DNA of 32,000 nucleotides from Thermohalobacter berrensis (GCF_003609645.1 NZ_MCIB01000002.1:33698-65697); one strand, 5' to 3'; shown: positions 17,714 through 27,113, numbered from the stretch's first letter. Numbers and translations are program-made. Notes: a model not told the origin generated them from the letters alone.

Positions 17714-19776
17714 ATGTTCGTTTCGAAATTATACATAAAAAACTTTAGAAGTATTAAGAAATTAAAAATTTCATTTAGATCAGGTAAAAACGTATTGGTT
17801 GTAAAGAATAATGCAGGAAAAAGTAATATAGTTAAAGCATTAAATTTGGTTTTAGGTGAAAAAAATCCTGTATATTCAAGGCAAATAAATGAAAAAGATT
17901 TTTTTTCATGTTCAAAAGATGGACAAGTAGTAAGTGAGAAGGCATTTTTTGTTGCAGCAAAATTACAAGGAAAAGATATAAATAAAACAATATTTCAAAA
18001 TGTTAATGGATTATGGTTGGCAACTTTTAAAAATTCAAATCCGTTAGAATCTTTTTTTGAAGGTAATAACTCAAAGAGTTACGAAATTCTCATGGGAAAT
18101 TTTCAGAATATTAAGAACAGAGAGTATTATAAGGATAAGAATCAGTTGTTTAATATGTTTAATAATGCAGATGAACTATACATTTATTTTTGTGCAGTTA
18201 AAGATGATGAGCAAAAGCGTAATATGGATTATTATCAAAAAAATATTCAATAACTTACAGTATATTATTAAAACATGATAACAACTATTATAGATGTTCA
18301 AAATTTCCAAATGACTTAAGGAATTCTTTAATAACAAGTGCAATTCTACCGGCTTTTAGAGATGCAAATAATCAATTGAGAATTAGTGATTGGAGGTTGT
18401 ATGGGAAACTAATTAAACATATATGGGAAAATTCGGATTTTAACAAGAAAGCAGTTATAGAGAAAAAACTTGATGAAATTAAACAAATAACTGATGACAT
18501 TTTTGATGATGCTATTATGGATATTCAACAAAAGATTAGAGAAGCAATATACTTTAGTAATATTTCATTCCAATTATTAGAAAATACTAAAGATGATATA
18601 TATAAAGGGATAGAAGTTTTTATTGACGATGGAATTTTAGGATTATTAAAGGATAAAGGAACTGGTATACAAAGTGCTTTTATAATATCATTATTTTCAT
18701 ATTATTGTAGTAAGTTTCATAAAAATTCGTCACTACTTGTAGTAGAAGAACCAGAAATTTATCTACATCCTCAAGCAAGAAGAGTATTATCGTATAAGTT
18801 TGATGAGTTTGTTAACCTTAATCATATTAACGGCAACCAAGTTATAATAACGACTCATTCAAGTGAATTCATTAGAAATACTAACTTAGAAAATATTATT
18901 CTTGTAAAAAAAGTTAACGGAAGAACTACAACTAAGAGTATTACATTGCATTCTGAAAAAATAAGGATTTAATAAAATTCAAAATATAATATCTACAAAA
19001 AATGCAGAAATATTTTTTGCTGAAAAAGTTATTTTAGTAGAAGGTGGAGAAGAATATATTGTACCATTAATTGTAGATGAATATTTTGGAAAGTCTGGTT
19101 ATTTAGATAATAATAATATTACAGTAGCAAAAGTTGGAGGTAAATATTTTTTTAAACCTTATTTGCAATTAATATCTGCCTTAGGAATTGAATATTATGT
19201 TATTGCTGATTTTGATATGCTTTATGAAGGATTAGAACATTTAAGAGAATTTATTAATTGTGTTACTTATTTAGACATTAATGAAATAAAAAGTGAATTA
19301 TTTAAAATTGTTACACCTGATAATCAATGGAAAGAAAGCAAAAAAATAAAGAAACAATTAAAAAAGTATAATGCAAAAGAATTTTGCAATCTAGTAGAAA
19401 AGATATGTGATACTAAAGAGTATGATGAACAATTATGTGAGATATGGTCAGATATTAAACCTAGATTTAAGAAGAAAATAGATTATGAAACTTTAAAGCA
19501 ACGTAAAAACTTACAAAAAAAATATATAATTTTATTGACAAATTAAAAGAAGATAATATTTATATTATGAAAAAAGGAGAATTAGAGGATTATATAACGT
19601 CTTATGGCTGGCAAGTAATAAAAGAATTTGGATTTTCAGATCAAAAAGAGTTGAGAATAATGAAGTTAGCAGAAATGATAAGTAGAGGGGATATTAAATT
19701 AGAAGATGTTATGGACGTACAAGAGTATTTAGAAGTGATTAAGAAAATAAAAGTTTTATTAAATAATAATATTTAA
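17714..19776 (+). pseudogene. OLD-family ATP-dependent endonuclease (ABC-type ATPase plus Toprim), disrupted by three frameshifts
   Basis: N-terminus YIKNFRSI...NNAGKSNIVKALNLVLG, signature GTGIQS, Walker B LLVVEEPEIYLHP, H-loop ITTHS, Toprim ILVEGGEE and VIADFD. The reading frame changes at the A7 run 18237-18243, within GGATTT 18965-18970, and at the A8 run 19515-19522. Confidence 0.8.
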
Positions 19777-19878
19777 ATATAAGTAAGAGATTATATATAT
19801 TGTCTTATAAATACTTAAATTCATAATAAACTTAAGCAGAAATATAATTAAATACATATATTACAAGGGGGAGTTTTT

Positions 19879-20832
19879 ATGATTTATAACTTTAGGATTG
19901 ACAGAAGTTGTAGAGAAGATATTATTAACAGAATTAAAACTGAAAAAACATTATCCCAAGGCTGGGGAGGTGGAGATTATAATCTAAGTTTGGAAGATGA
20001 AGATTTTGTCAATAGGTGTTATGAACACTATAAGTTGAATAGTACTAGAATACCTACTAACTTAACTAGAATTAGAGAATTTAAAGATAATGATATTATT
20101 GTAGTACCTCATTTGCCAGAAGATAGAAAAGTAACTTTCTTAATAGTTGATGAAGATTATCCTAACTGCTATGAATATGTTAAAAATGATAAAACCCATC
20201 AAAATCACAGAATTAAAATAAAAGAAGTATATGGATTAGAGGGAAATGTTGAGATATATAATGAGAAATTAGTAAATTGGTATGGTAAATTACAGTGGAT
20301 GAGACTACCTATACTGCCAATAGATAAGTTTAGTAAAGATATTAATGAGATTATAGATAATTTAAGAAAAAATCCAAGTTTAAAATTTAAAATGACAGAG
20401 TTAGATGAATATCTATTAAACAAAAAAGATGAGTTAGTTAATAAATTAAAAGAGGACTTACGAAAGATAAATGCAAGTAATAGTGCTTTATCTTTTGAAA
20501 AAATTTGTGAAAAAATAATAAAAGATAATGGGTATGAGATTAAAAGAAGAAACGTATATGACAAAACAGGTGGAGACATAGACCTAGAGTGTATAAGAAA
20601 TAGAAATGATATTTCACCTTTTGAGAGTGGAGAAGTCAAATTGTTTGTTCAGATTAAGAAACATAAAGGTGAAACTGATGAATATGCGGTAAAACAAGTT
20701 TCTAAATTTATGGATAAAAATCCAGAGGCTGATGGATGTGTTATGACACTAGCAGATAAATTTTCTGATAATGCAATTAAAGAGGCAAATGAAAAAAAAT
20801 ATTTCATTATTAAATGGAAAAGAAGTATGTGA
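19879..20832 (+). CDS. Mrr-like PD-(D/E)xK restriction endonuclease with an unknown N-terminal domain; C-terminus altered by an A8-tract frameshift
   Basis: C-terminal half FEKICEKIIKDNGYEI...GGDIDLEC...LFVQIKKHKG resembles the Mrr catalytic core. One fewer A in 20792-20799 would read ...EKNISLLNGKEVCELLLRSMIQIDG and stop at 20869. Confidence 0.65.
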   Translation: MIYNFRIDRSCREDIINRIKTEKTLSQGWGGGDYNLSLEDEDFVNRCYEHYKLNSTRIPTNLTRIREFKDNDIIVVPHLPEDRKVTFLIVDEDYPNCYEYVKNDKTHQNHRIKIKEVYGLEGNVEIYNEKLVNWYGKLQWMRLPILPIDKFSKDINEIIDNLRKNPSLKFKMTELDEYLLNKKDELVNKLKEDLRKINASNSALSFEKICEKIIKDNGYEIKRRNVYDKTGGDIDLECIRNRNDISPFESGEVKLFVQIKKHKGETDEYAVKQVSKFMDKNPEADGCVMTLADKFSDNAIKEANEKKYFIIKWKRSM

Positions 20833-21050
20833 GTTGCTACTAAGAAGTATGATTCAAATAGACGGCTAAATGAAACAACAGAAGTTAGTGGATTATTATA
20901 GATATTTAGTTCACTATCTTAATTTAATATTAAAAGTTCTTAAGATTTAACTAAAAGTAGTATTAATGAAAATACTGTTGTGGCAAGGTTATAATAAAAG
21001 AAAAAATAAACTTAATAGCATATAATATAAAAATACAAATATTTAATCTT

Positions 21051-21081
21051 AAAAATGGGCAGTAAAAAACTGCCCATTTTG
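21051..21081. terminator. Bidirectional rho-independent terminator
   Basis: Hairpin ATGGGCAGT / ACTGCCCAT flanked by an A-run and a T-run. Confidence 0.65.
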
Positions 21082-21147
21082 CATATTATATAGAATATGG
21101 AGGTAATGTTTATTTATTATTTTTTTAATACTTGATTTAACTAATAA

Positions 21148-21426
21148 TTATTCTAAAGTAGTCTTATAGCCCATATACGATAAAAGAACATGGAACAATA
21201 TACTTGCTAAGACATTTCTCAAAAAGTAATGTTGTGCATAAATACTATTACTTATTATATAGATGTAAATACATGTAGGTACTAACCAAAAAGAAAAATA
21301 AATTCTTTTAATCATTTTCTTTATTCTTTTAGTCATATGTGTTTCCACAAAAAACATTAAAAGATTGTATGCAACAGTGTAAACAAAGAGACAAAAAAAG
21401 ATAATTCTAAAATAATTACCTATCAT
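21148..21426 (-). CDS. Hypothetical small membrane protein (92 aa), last cargo gene of the island
   Basis: About three hydrophobic helices, a strong SD AAGGAGG 10 nt upstream of the ATG, and a terminator downstream at 21051-21081. Confidence 0.5.
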   Translation of the reverse strand: MIGNYFRIIFFCLFVYTVAYNLLMFFVETHMTKRIKKMIKRIYFSFWLVPTCIYIYIISNSIYAQHYFLRNVLASILFHVLLSYMGYKTTLE

Positions 21427-21676
21427 ATAATTAATTCCTCCTTATTTTTTATCCGTTATATAGAACTTTTTATTTAAATTTCAAGTTAAATTTTTAGTTT
21501 TTTAAGTAAAAAAACTTGAACTTAGAAATGCTTTTTTATTAAGATGCATCAAAATTATATCTAAAGGCTATTAGCAAAGTTAAGCAGGAATTAAATTGAA
21601 ATTGAATGACGAACAGTTTAAAATTAAACTATTAAATAACATTAAACAAGTATATAAAAATGCTAAATTAAGGGAT

Positions 21677-21830
21677 AATAATATGCCTATTACTGATAGA
21701 ATAGGATATACTGTATATAAAAAGCTAGGAATTATATTAATGGATTAATATATCATGTTTATTTGTTAACAAATTTACTTTATAATTAGAATATCAATAC
21801 ATTAAAAACAACAGATTAAGGGGGATAAGG
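21677..21830 (+). repeat. Right 154-bp direct repeat (attR-like junction), carrying the functional metH leader
   Basis: Identical to 6902-7055 and ends exactly at the metH GTG (21831). Confidence 0.9.
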
Positions 21831-24209
21831 GTGAGTACTAAAGATGCTTTATATAATGGATTAGTGTTTGATGGTGCTATGGGAACTATGTTAATAGAGG
21901 AAGGTTTAAAAGCAGAAGATTGTCCAGAAAAACTAAATATAGAAAAGCCAGAAATTATTAAAGATATCCATAGGTTATACATAGAAGCTGGGGCAGATGT
22001 TATTACAACTAACACATTTGGAGGTAATAGAATAAAATTAGCTGAATACGGATTAGAAAAAGTACTAAAAGAAATTAATAAAAACGCAGTTAAAATTGCA
22101 AAAGAAGCTGCTAAAGAGAAAAATTGTTTGATTGCAGCATCAATTGGACCAACAGGAAAGTTTGTTGAACCCATGGGAGAGCTTTCTTTTGATCATGCCT
22201 ATGAAATATTTAAGGAACAAATTAAAGTCTTGGCAAAGGAAGGACCTGATTTTATAATTTTTGAAACCTTTAGTGATCTAGGGGAGCTTAGAGCTGGTGT
22301 TATTGCAGCTAAAGATGTATGTGATATACCTATTATATGCAGTCTCACTTTTGAAGGAGAAAGGACATTAACTGGAGTAACTCCTGCTAGTGCAGCAGTA
22401 GTTTTAGAAAGTCTAGGTGTAGAAGCCATTGGAGCTAATTGTTCAGGTGGGCCAAAAGAGCTTTTTCCAGCTGTTAAAGAATTGGCTAAAACTACTGAGT
22501 TACCTATAATTTTTCAACCAAATGCTGGATTGCCTTCTCTAAAAAATAAAAAGGTAATCTACTCACTTAATTCAGATGAATTTATTACTTATATAGAACC
22601 ATATTTAAATTTAGGGGTAAATGTTTTTGGAGCATGTTGTGGTAGCACTCCTGATTTTATTAAAAAACTTAAGGATAGATTAAAGGATTATAGTCCTAAA
22701 AAGAGAGTGGTAAAAGAAGAAGGACTACTTTCAAGTAGAGGAAAGGTCGTAAGGATAAAAAAAGATTTACCACCGAAAATTATTGGTGAAAGGATAAATC
22801 CAAGTGGAAAAAAGAAATTAGCTGAAAGTCTCAAAACAGGTAATTATGGTATCATTCAGAGGGAAGCAGAACTCCAGATAAAATCGGGAGCACATCTATT
22901 AGATGTAAATGTAGGAATACATAGTATAGATGAATCATCTGCTATGGTTAATGTAATAAATTTACTTCAGAAAAATTTTGATATTCCACTTGTAATAGAT
23001 TCTATTAACCCAGAAGTAATTGAAAAAGCATTAAAAACTTATCATGGAAAAGCACTAGTAAACTCCGTAAATGGTGAAGAAAAATCAATAAAACGAATAC
23101 TACCTTTAGTTAAGCGTTATGGTGCGGGTGTAATAGGTTTAACTTTAGATGAAAATGGAATCCCTAAAAAAGCTGAGGAACGATTACTTATTGCACAAAA
23201 AATTGTTAATAAATGTTTAGAATATGGAATTTCAAAGGATGACATATATATTGATTGTCTTGTTTTAACTGTGGGAACTGATAATACATCACCTATGGAA
23301 ACTTTAAAAGCTTTGAGAATGATAAAAGAAAAATTAGAAGTTAAGACTATTTTAGGAATAAGTAATGTATCACATGGAATGCCTAAAAGATATAAGTTAA
23401 ATTCAGCCTTTTTAGCAATGGCAATATCTAATGGTTTAGATTTAGCTTTTATAAATCCTTTAGAAAAGAATATCATAGATACTTTTAAGGCAGCATCATT
23501 ACTATCAGGTAGAGATAATAACTATAAATATTTAAAATTAAATAACAAAGAAAATGAAGAATATGTAGAAATAGAAAGAAATTTTAAACCTTCGTTTAAA
23601 AGTGTAAAAAATTTACTCATAAAAGGGTCTTATGATGCAATAGAGCATGCTAAAACATTATTACAAGAAGGGACTGAGCCTTTAAGTATAATAAATGAAG
23701 GATTAATACCTGGACTAAATATAGTAGGTGATAAATTTGAAAAAGGGGAGTACTATTTACCTCAGCTTATGCTTTCATCAGAAATTGCACAGGATATATT
23801 TAATATTTTAGAAGATGAGTTGCGAAAAACAAAAAAACAGAGTAAAAAGGGTACAATTGTATTAGGAACAGTAAAGGGAGATATCCATGATATAGGTAAG
23901 GATATGGTAGGTGTAATTCTTAAAACATATGGATATAAAGTAGTAGATTTAGGAAAAAATATTTTAAAGGAAAAGTTTCTTGAGGCTGCAGTAAATGAAA
24001 AAGCAGATTTTATTGGGTTAAGTTCTCTAATGACTACAACTATGATGGAAATACCTAAAACAATAAAATATTTAAAGGAAAGATTACCTAAAATTAAGGT
24101 GATAGTTGGAGGTGCAGTAGTTACTGAGGATTTTGCTAAAAAGTCAGGTGCTGATGGCTATAGTCAAGATGCATTAGGGGTAATTAGAGTTTTAGAAAAA
24201 TTAAAATAA
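21831..24209 (+). CDS. metH: Cobalamin-dependent methionine synthase, short form without the AdoMet reactivation domain
   Basis: Hcy-binding Cys motifs (GANCSGGP, GACCGSTP), a pterin-binding module, and B12-binding motifs GDIHDIGK and SSLMTTT. Confidence 0.9.
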   Translation: MSTKDALYNGLVFDGAMGTMLIEEGLKAEDCPEKLNIEKPEIIKDIHRLYIEAGADVITTNTFGGNRIKLAEYGLEKVLKEINKNAVKIAKEAAKEKNCLIAASIGPTGKFVEPMGELSFDHAYEIFKEQIKVLAKEGPDFIIFETFSDLGELRAGVIAAKDVCDIPIICSLTFEGERTLTGVTPASAAVVLESLGVEAIGANCSGGPKELFPAVKELAKTTELPIIFQPNAGLPSLKNKKVIYSLNSDEFITYIEPYLNLGVNVFGACCGSTPDFIKKLKDRLKDYSPKKRVVKEEGLLSSRGKVVRIKKDLPPKIIGERINPSGKKKLAESLKTGNYGIIQREAELQIKSGAHLLDVNVGIHSIDESSAMVNVINLLQKNFDIPLVIDSINPEVIEKALKTYHGKALVNSVNGEEKSIKRILPLVKRYGAGVIGLTLDENGIPKKAEERLLIAQKIVNKCLEYGISKDDIYIDCLVLTVGTDNTSPMETLKALRMIKEKLEVKTILGISNVSHGMPKRYKLNSAFLAMAISNGLDLAFINPLEKNIIDTFKAASLLSGRDNNYKYLKLNNKENEEYVEIERNFKPSFKSVKNLLIKGSYDAIEHAKTLLQEGTEPLSIINEGLIPGLNIVGDKFEKGEYYLPQLMLSSEIAQDIFNILEDELRKTKKQSKKGTIVLGTVKGDIHDIGKDMVGVILKTYGYKVVDLGKNILKEKFLEAAVNEKADFIGLSSLMTTTMMEIPKTIKYLKERLPKIKVIVGGAVVTEDFAKKSGADGYSQDALGVIRVLEKLK

Positions 24210-24233
24210 ATTGAATAATGTAAATAATAAATC

Positions 24234-24262
24234 TTGACATAATAGTAACAAAGTGATATTTA
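24234..24262 (+). promoter_or_regulatory. Sigma-A-like promoter candidate for the antiterminator gene
   Basis: TTGACA (24234-24239), 17-nt spacer, TATTTA (24257-24262). Confidence 0.45.
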
Positions 24263-24300
24263 TAAAAAGGTAAGATAATGTCGAATAGTGAGGGATAATT

Positions 24301-25137
24301 ATGGAAAACTACAAGCTTAAAAAGATTTTGAGTAACAATGTTGTTTTGGCTGAAAAAGATAGTGACGATTATATACTAGTAGGAAAAGGAATTGGATTCG
24401 GTAAAAAGAAGGGTGAATTTTTAGATAATAATAAATCGATTGAAAAGGCCTTTGTTCCTTTAGAAAAAGCAAAAAGTAATTCATACAATAAAATTTTAAA
24501 TGATATAGATAAAGAAATTGTTGCAGTTAGTGAAGAAATTATTGCTATGGCTTCTAAAAGATTAGAAGAAGAGCTTAATCCACATATTCATATTGCTTTA
24601 GCTGACCATATAAATTTTGCATTAAAGAGGCTTGAGGAAGGACTTGAGATAGTAAATCCTTTTTTAGATGAGACTAGACATTTATATGAGGAAGAATTTA
24701 GTATATCTAAAGACGCAGCAAAGCTGATAAATGAGAGATTAGGAGTAAAAGTACCAGAAGGTGAAATAGGGTTTATTACATTGCATATACATTCAGCAAG
24801 GAAAAATAGAGATGTTAGTAGTACACTTAGGTATACTAAACTGATAAAAGAATTAGTTAATACTGTGGAAAAAGAGTTAAATATAAAAATTCCACCTGAT
24901 TCATTAGAGTATTCAAGATTAGTTTCGCATTTTAAATTTGCTATTGAAAGAATAACTACAAATCAACGAATTGAAAATGTTTTACTTGACAAGTTGAAGA
25001 CAGATTTTTATAATTATTATAGTGTAGCTAATAAAATTGGAGAAATAATTAGATATACTTTAGATACAGATGTTCCTGATGATGAGATTGGATATATAAC
25101 TTTACATTTATATAGACTTAAAAAGATATATAAATAA
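24301..25137 (+). CDS. BglG/LicT/SacY-family PRD-containing transcription antiterminator
   Basis: CAT RNA-binding domain (KILSNNVVLAEK...LVGKGIGFGKKKGE) and two PRDs with conserved His residues (ITLHIHSA, ITLHLYRL). Confidence 0.9.
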   Translation: MENYKLKKILSNNVVLAEKDSDDYILVGKGIGFGKKKGEFLDNNKSIEKAFVPLEKAKSNSYNKILNDIDKEIVAVSEEIIAMASKRLEEELNPHIHIALADHINFALKRLEEGLEIVNPFLDETRHLYEEEFSISKDAAKLINERLGVKVPEGEIGFITLHIHSARKNRDVSSTLRYTKLIKELVNTVEKELNIKIPPDSLEYSRLVSHFKFAIERITTNQRIENVLLDKLKTDFYNYYSVANKIGEIIRYTLDTDVPDDEIGYITLHLYRLKKIYK

Positions 25138-25153
25138 TTTCATTATATTAAAT

Positions 25154-25182
25154 GGCGTGTTACTGATTCGATCAGGCATGAG
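25154..25182 (+). promoter_or_regulatory. RAT (ribonucleic antiterminator) element
   Basis: GGCGTGTTACTGATTCGATCAGGCATGAG fits the RAT pattern GG.TGTTACTG...CAGGCA. It overlaps the 5' arm of the following terminator. Confidence 0.8.
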
Positions 25183-25227
25183 CTATTTTAGGGGTTTTTA
25201 TACCCTAAAATAGCTCATGCCTTTTTT
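25176..25227 (+). terminator. RAT-controlled rho-independent terminator
   Basis: Stem of about 18 bp, GCATGAGCTATTTTAGGG / CCCTAAAATAGCTCATGC, followed by TTTTTT. Confidence 0.85.
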
Positions 25228-25346
25228 ATAACACATAGGAAATTATAAACTAACAAAATTTGTGGATAAAATATAATTTCCGTCATGTGTTTCAAAAAAG
25301 TCAACCTTGAGAATCTTTTATTTTTAATAAAAGACTTTTTTATTAA
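25222..25346 (+). repeat. Dispersed ~125-nt structured intergenic repeat, copy B (upstream of PTS EIIA)
   Basis: Aligns to copies A and C and starts in the T-tract of the RAT terminator. Confidence 0.85.
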
Positions 25347-25405
25347 TATAAACCATCAGAAAGGAATTTAATGACATAAACAAAAAATTATAGGAAGGTG
25401 ATAAA

Positions 25406-25894
25406 ATGCTTAATTTCTTAAAAAGAAAAAAATCTAAAACTGTAGAGCTTAAGGCTCCAATTACAGGAAAAGTAGTTGAGTTAAGTGAAGTACCTGATGA
25501 AGTATTTTCACAAAAACTAGCAGGAGATGGAGTAGCAATAAAGCCAGAAAATAATGTAGTTCATGCACCTGTAGATGGAGAAATTACTCAAATTTTTCCA
25601 ACTAAACATGCAGTAGGAATTACAAGCAAACAGGGAGTAGAGATTCTTATTCACATAGGAATAGATACAGTAAATATGCAAGGTGAAGGCTTTACTGCAT
25701 TTGTAGAAAAAGGAGATAAAGTTAAAGCTGGAGATAAGTTAATTGAATTTGATACTGCAAAGATAGAAGAAAAAGCTAAATCAACAATCACACCTGTAAT
25801 AGTTACTAATGGAGATGTATTAGAATCAATGGAAAAATCTTTAGGTGATGTAACAGAAAAAGAAGATGCAGTATTGACATTAAAATTAAAATAA
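25406..25894 (+). CDS. PTS glucose-family EIIA component
   Basis: EIIA-Glc signatures GDGVAIKP, HAVGI and GVEILIHIGIDTV (phosphorylatable His). Confidence 0.9.
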   Translation: MLNFLKRKKSKTVELKAPITGKVVELSEVPDEVFSQKLAGDGVAIKPENNVVHAPVDGEITQIFPTKHAVGITSKQGVEILIHIGIDTVNMQGEGFTAFVEKGDKVKAGDKLIEFDTAKIEEKAKSTITPVIVTNGDVLESMEKSLGDVTEKEDAVLTLKLK

Positions 25895-25910
25895 TATAAA
25901 GTAAAGTTGA

Positions 25911-25938
25911 AATAAGGCCTATTTCGGGCCTTATTTTT
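25911..25938 (+). terminator. Rho-independent terminator after EIIA
   Basis: AATAAGGCC / GGCCTTATT, a 9-bp stem, followed by a T-run. Confidence 0.65.
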
Positions 25939-26011
25939 CTTGTATAAAAGGAAAATCCTAAAATATATAAACCTAATAAAAGATATAGATATATGTAGGA
26001 TGGTGGGGAAA

Positions 26012-26392
26012 ATGATCAAAAAAATAATATTGCTAGGAACAGGTGGATTTATTGGAAGTAATTTAAGGTATTGGATAAGTGTATGGGTTTCAGAATTTGT
26101 AGGTATGTATTTTCCATATGGAACTTTGGCTGTTAATGTTCTTGGATGTTTTATATTAGGGTTTATTATGATATATGGAACAGAGGTTATTGAGCTTAAT
26201 CCTCAAATAAAGTTATTTATTGGTACAGGAATGCTTGGAGCACTTACAACCTTTTCTACTTTTTCGTTTGAAACTATTAGTTTAATAAGAGAATCCAGTT
26301 ATTCATTAGCAATATTAAATATCCTATTAAATATTATAATAGGACTTGCTGGAGTATGGTTAGGTTTTATTGTTGCAAAGGCTTTGGCTTAA
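26012..26392 (+). CDS. crcB: Fluoride ion channel CrcB/FluC
   Basis: GGFIGSNLRYW and GALTTFSTFSFE motifs. The 126-aa length fits the family if the ATG at 26012 is used (the ORF opens at 25940). Confidence 0.85.
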   Translation: MIKKIILLGTGGFIGSNLRYWISVWVSEFVGMYFPYGTLAVNVLGCFILGFIMIYGTEVIELNPQIKLFIGTGMLGALTTFSTFSFETISLIRESSYSLAILNILLNIIIGLAGVWLGFIVAKALA

Positions 26393-26406
26393 GTTTTAGA
26401 GCTTTC

Positions 26407-26437
26407 ATTGAGGGATTATAATCCCTCAATTTTTTTT
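26407..26437 (+). terminator. Rho-independent terminator after crcB
   Basis: ATTGAGGGA / TCCCTCAAT followed by T7-8. Confidence 0.7.
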
Positions 26438-26550
26438 ATATAAGTTTAATTATATATTTAATTTATAAAAAATTTTAAAAAAGTAGATATTTTTTAACAA
26501 AGTTGGGTACTTATATATAATGAATCCAGAAATTATAAGGAGGTATTAAT

Positions 26551-27069
26551 ATGCTGTCAGAGAAACTATTAGAGGAATTAAATGAACAAATTAAGTATGA
26601 ACTATACTCATCCCATTATTATTTAGCAATGGCTGCTTATTGTGCTGCTCAAGATCTAGAAGGATTTGCTCATTTCTTTAAGGTTCAAGCAGAGGAAGAG
26701 AAATTTCATGCGATGAAGCTTTTTGATTTTGTTAATGATATGGATGGTCGAGTTGTTATTAAATCTTTAGATGAACCTAAAAATGATTTTGAATCTATTG
26801 AAGATGTATTTCACTCTGCATTGTCACATGAAAAGTTTGTAACTAAAAGAATTTACAAATTAATGGATATAGCTACAGAAGAAAGGGAACATGCTACAAT
26901 TAGTCTTTTAAAGTGGTATGTTGATGAACAGATAGAAGAAGAAAATAGTATGAAGGATATACTGACAAAGGTTAGAAGATTGGGAAAAGATAGTCATGGT
27001 TTATATATGCTTGATAAAGAATTAGGTCAGAGAACTTTTACACCTCCAGCAGATGGAGAAAATCAATAA
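26551..27069 (+). CDS. Non-heme ferritin
   Basis: Ferritin di-iron ligand pattern (E..Y..., QAEEEKFHAMKLFDF, ...EE.EH..) and a typical length of 172 aa. Confidence 0.85.
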   Translation: MLSEKLLEELNEQIKYELYSSHYYLAMAAYCAAQDLEGFAHFFKVQAEEEKFHAMKLFDFVNDMDGRVVIKSLDEPKNDFESIEDVFHSALSHEKFVTKRIYKLMDIATEEREHATISLLKWYVDEQIEEENSMKDILTKVRRLGKDSHGLYMLDKELGQRTFTPPADGENQ

Positions 27070-27071
27070 AT

Positions 27072-27113
27072 AAAAAACAAAGGTAGACTAAATTTAGTCT
27101 ACCTTTGTTTTTT
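27072..27113. terminator. Bidirectional terminator between the ferritin and SASP genes
   Basis: 14-bp stem ACAAAGGTAGACTA / TAGTCTACCTTTGT flanked by A6 and T6. Confidence 0.75.

Larger units (their letters stand above)
6902..21830. mobile_element. Integrated defence island bounded by 154-bp direct repeats (unique part 7056-21676), with a decayed integrase
   Basis: Direct repeats duplicate the target (gene 3' end plus metH leader). Cargo is R-M and nuclease genes. There is an internal tyrosine recombinase pseudogene with an adjacent degenerate att-like site. Confidence 0.8.

Noticed and set aside
18057-18278. 73-aa ORF overlapping the OLD-family gene in a third frame.
   Set aside because: It is a by-product of the A7 frameshift region. 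It carries no motifs and is better explained as pseudogene debris.
20870-20950. 26-codon ORF (MKQQKLVDYYRYLVHYLNLILKVLKI) after the Mrr-like gene as a small toxin or peptide.
   Set aside because: It has no SD and no recognisable motif, and it lies in a poorly structured AT-rich spacer. The evidence is insufficient.
21747-21830. SAM (S-box) or T-box leader upstream of metH.
   Set aside because: Only 82 nt separate the upstream stop from the metH GTG. That is far too short, and none of the conserved boxes is present.
25895-26011. Fluoride (crcB-motif) riboswitch upstream of crcB.
   Set aside because: The leader shows only the EIIA terminator and AT-rich sequence. I could not find the conserved GGnGAUG...CUGAUGAUGCCUAC-type core. 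A covariance-model scan would be the decisive check.
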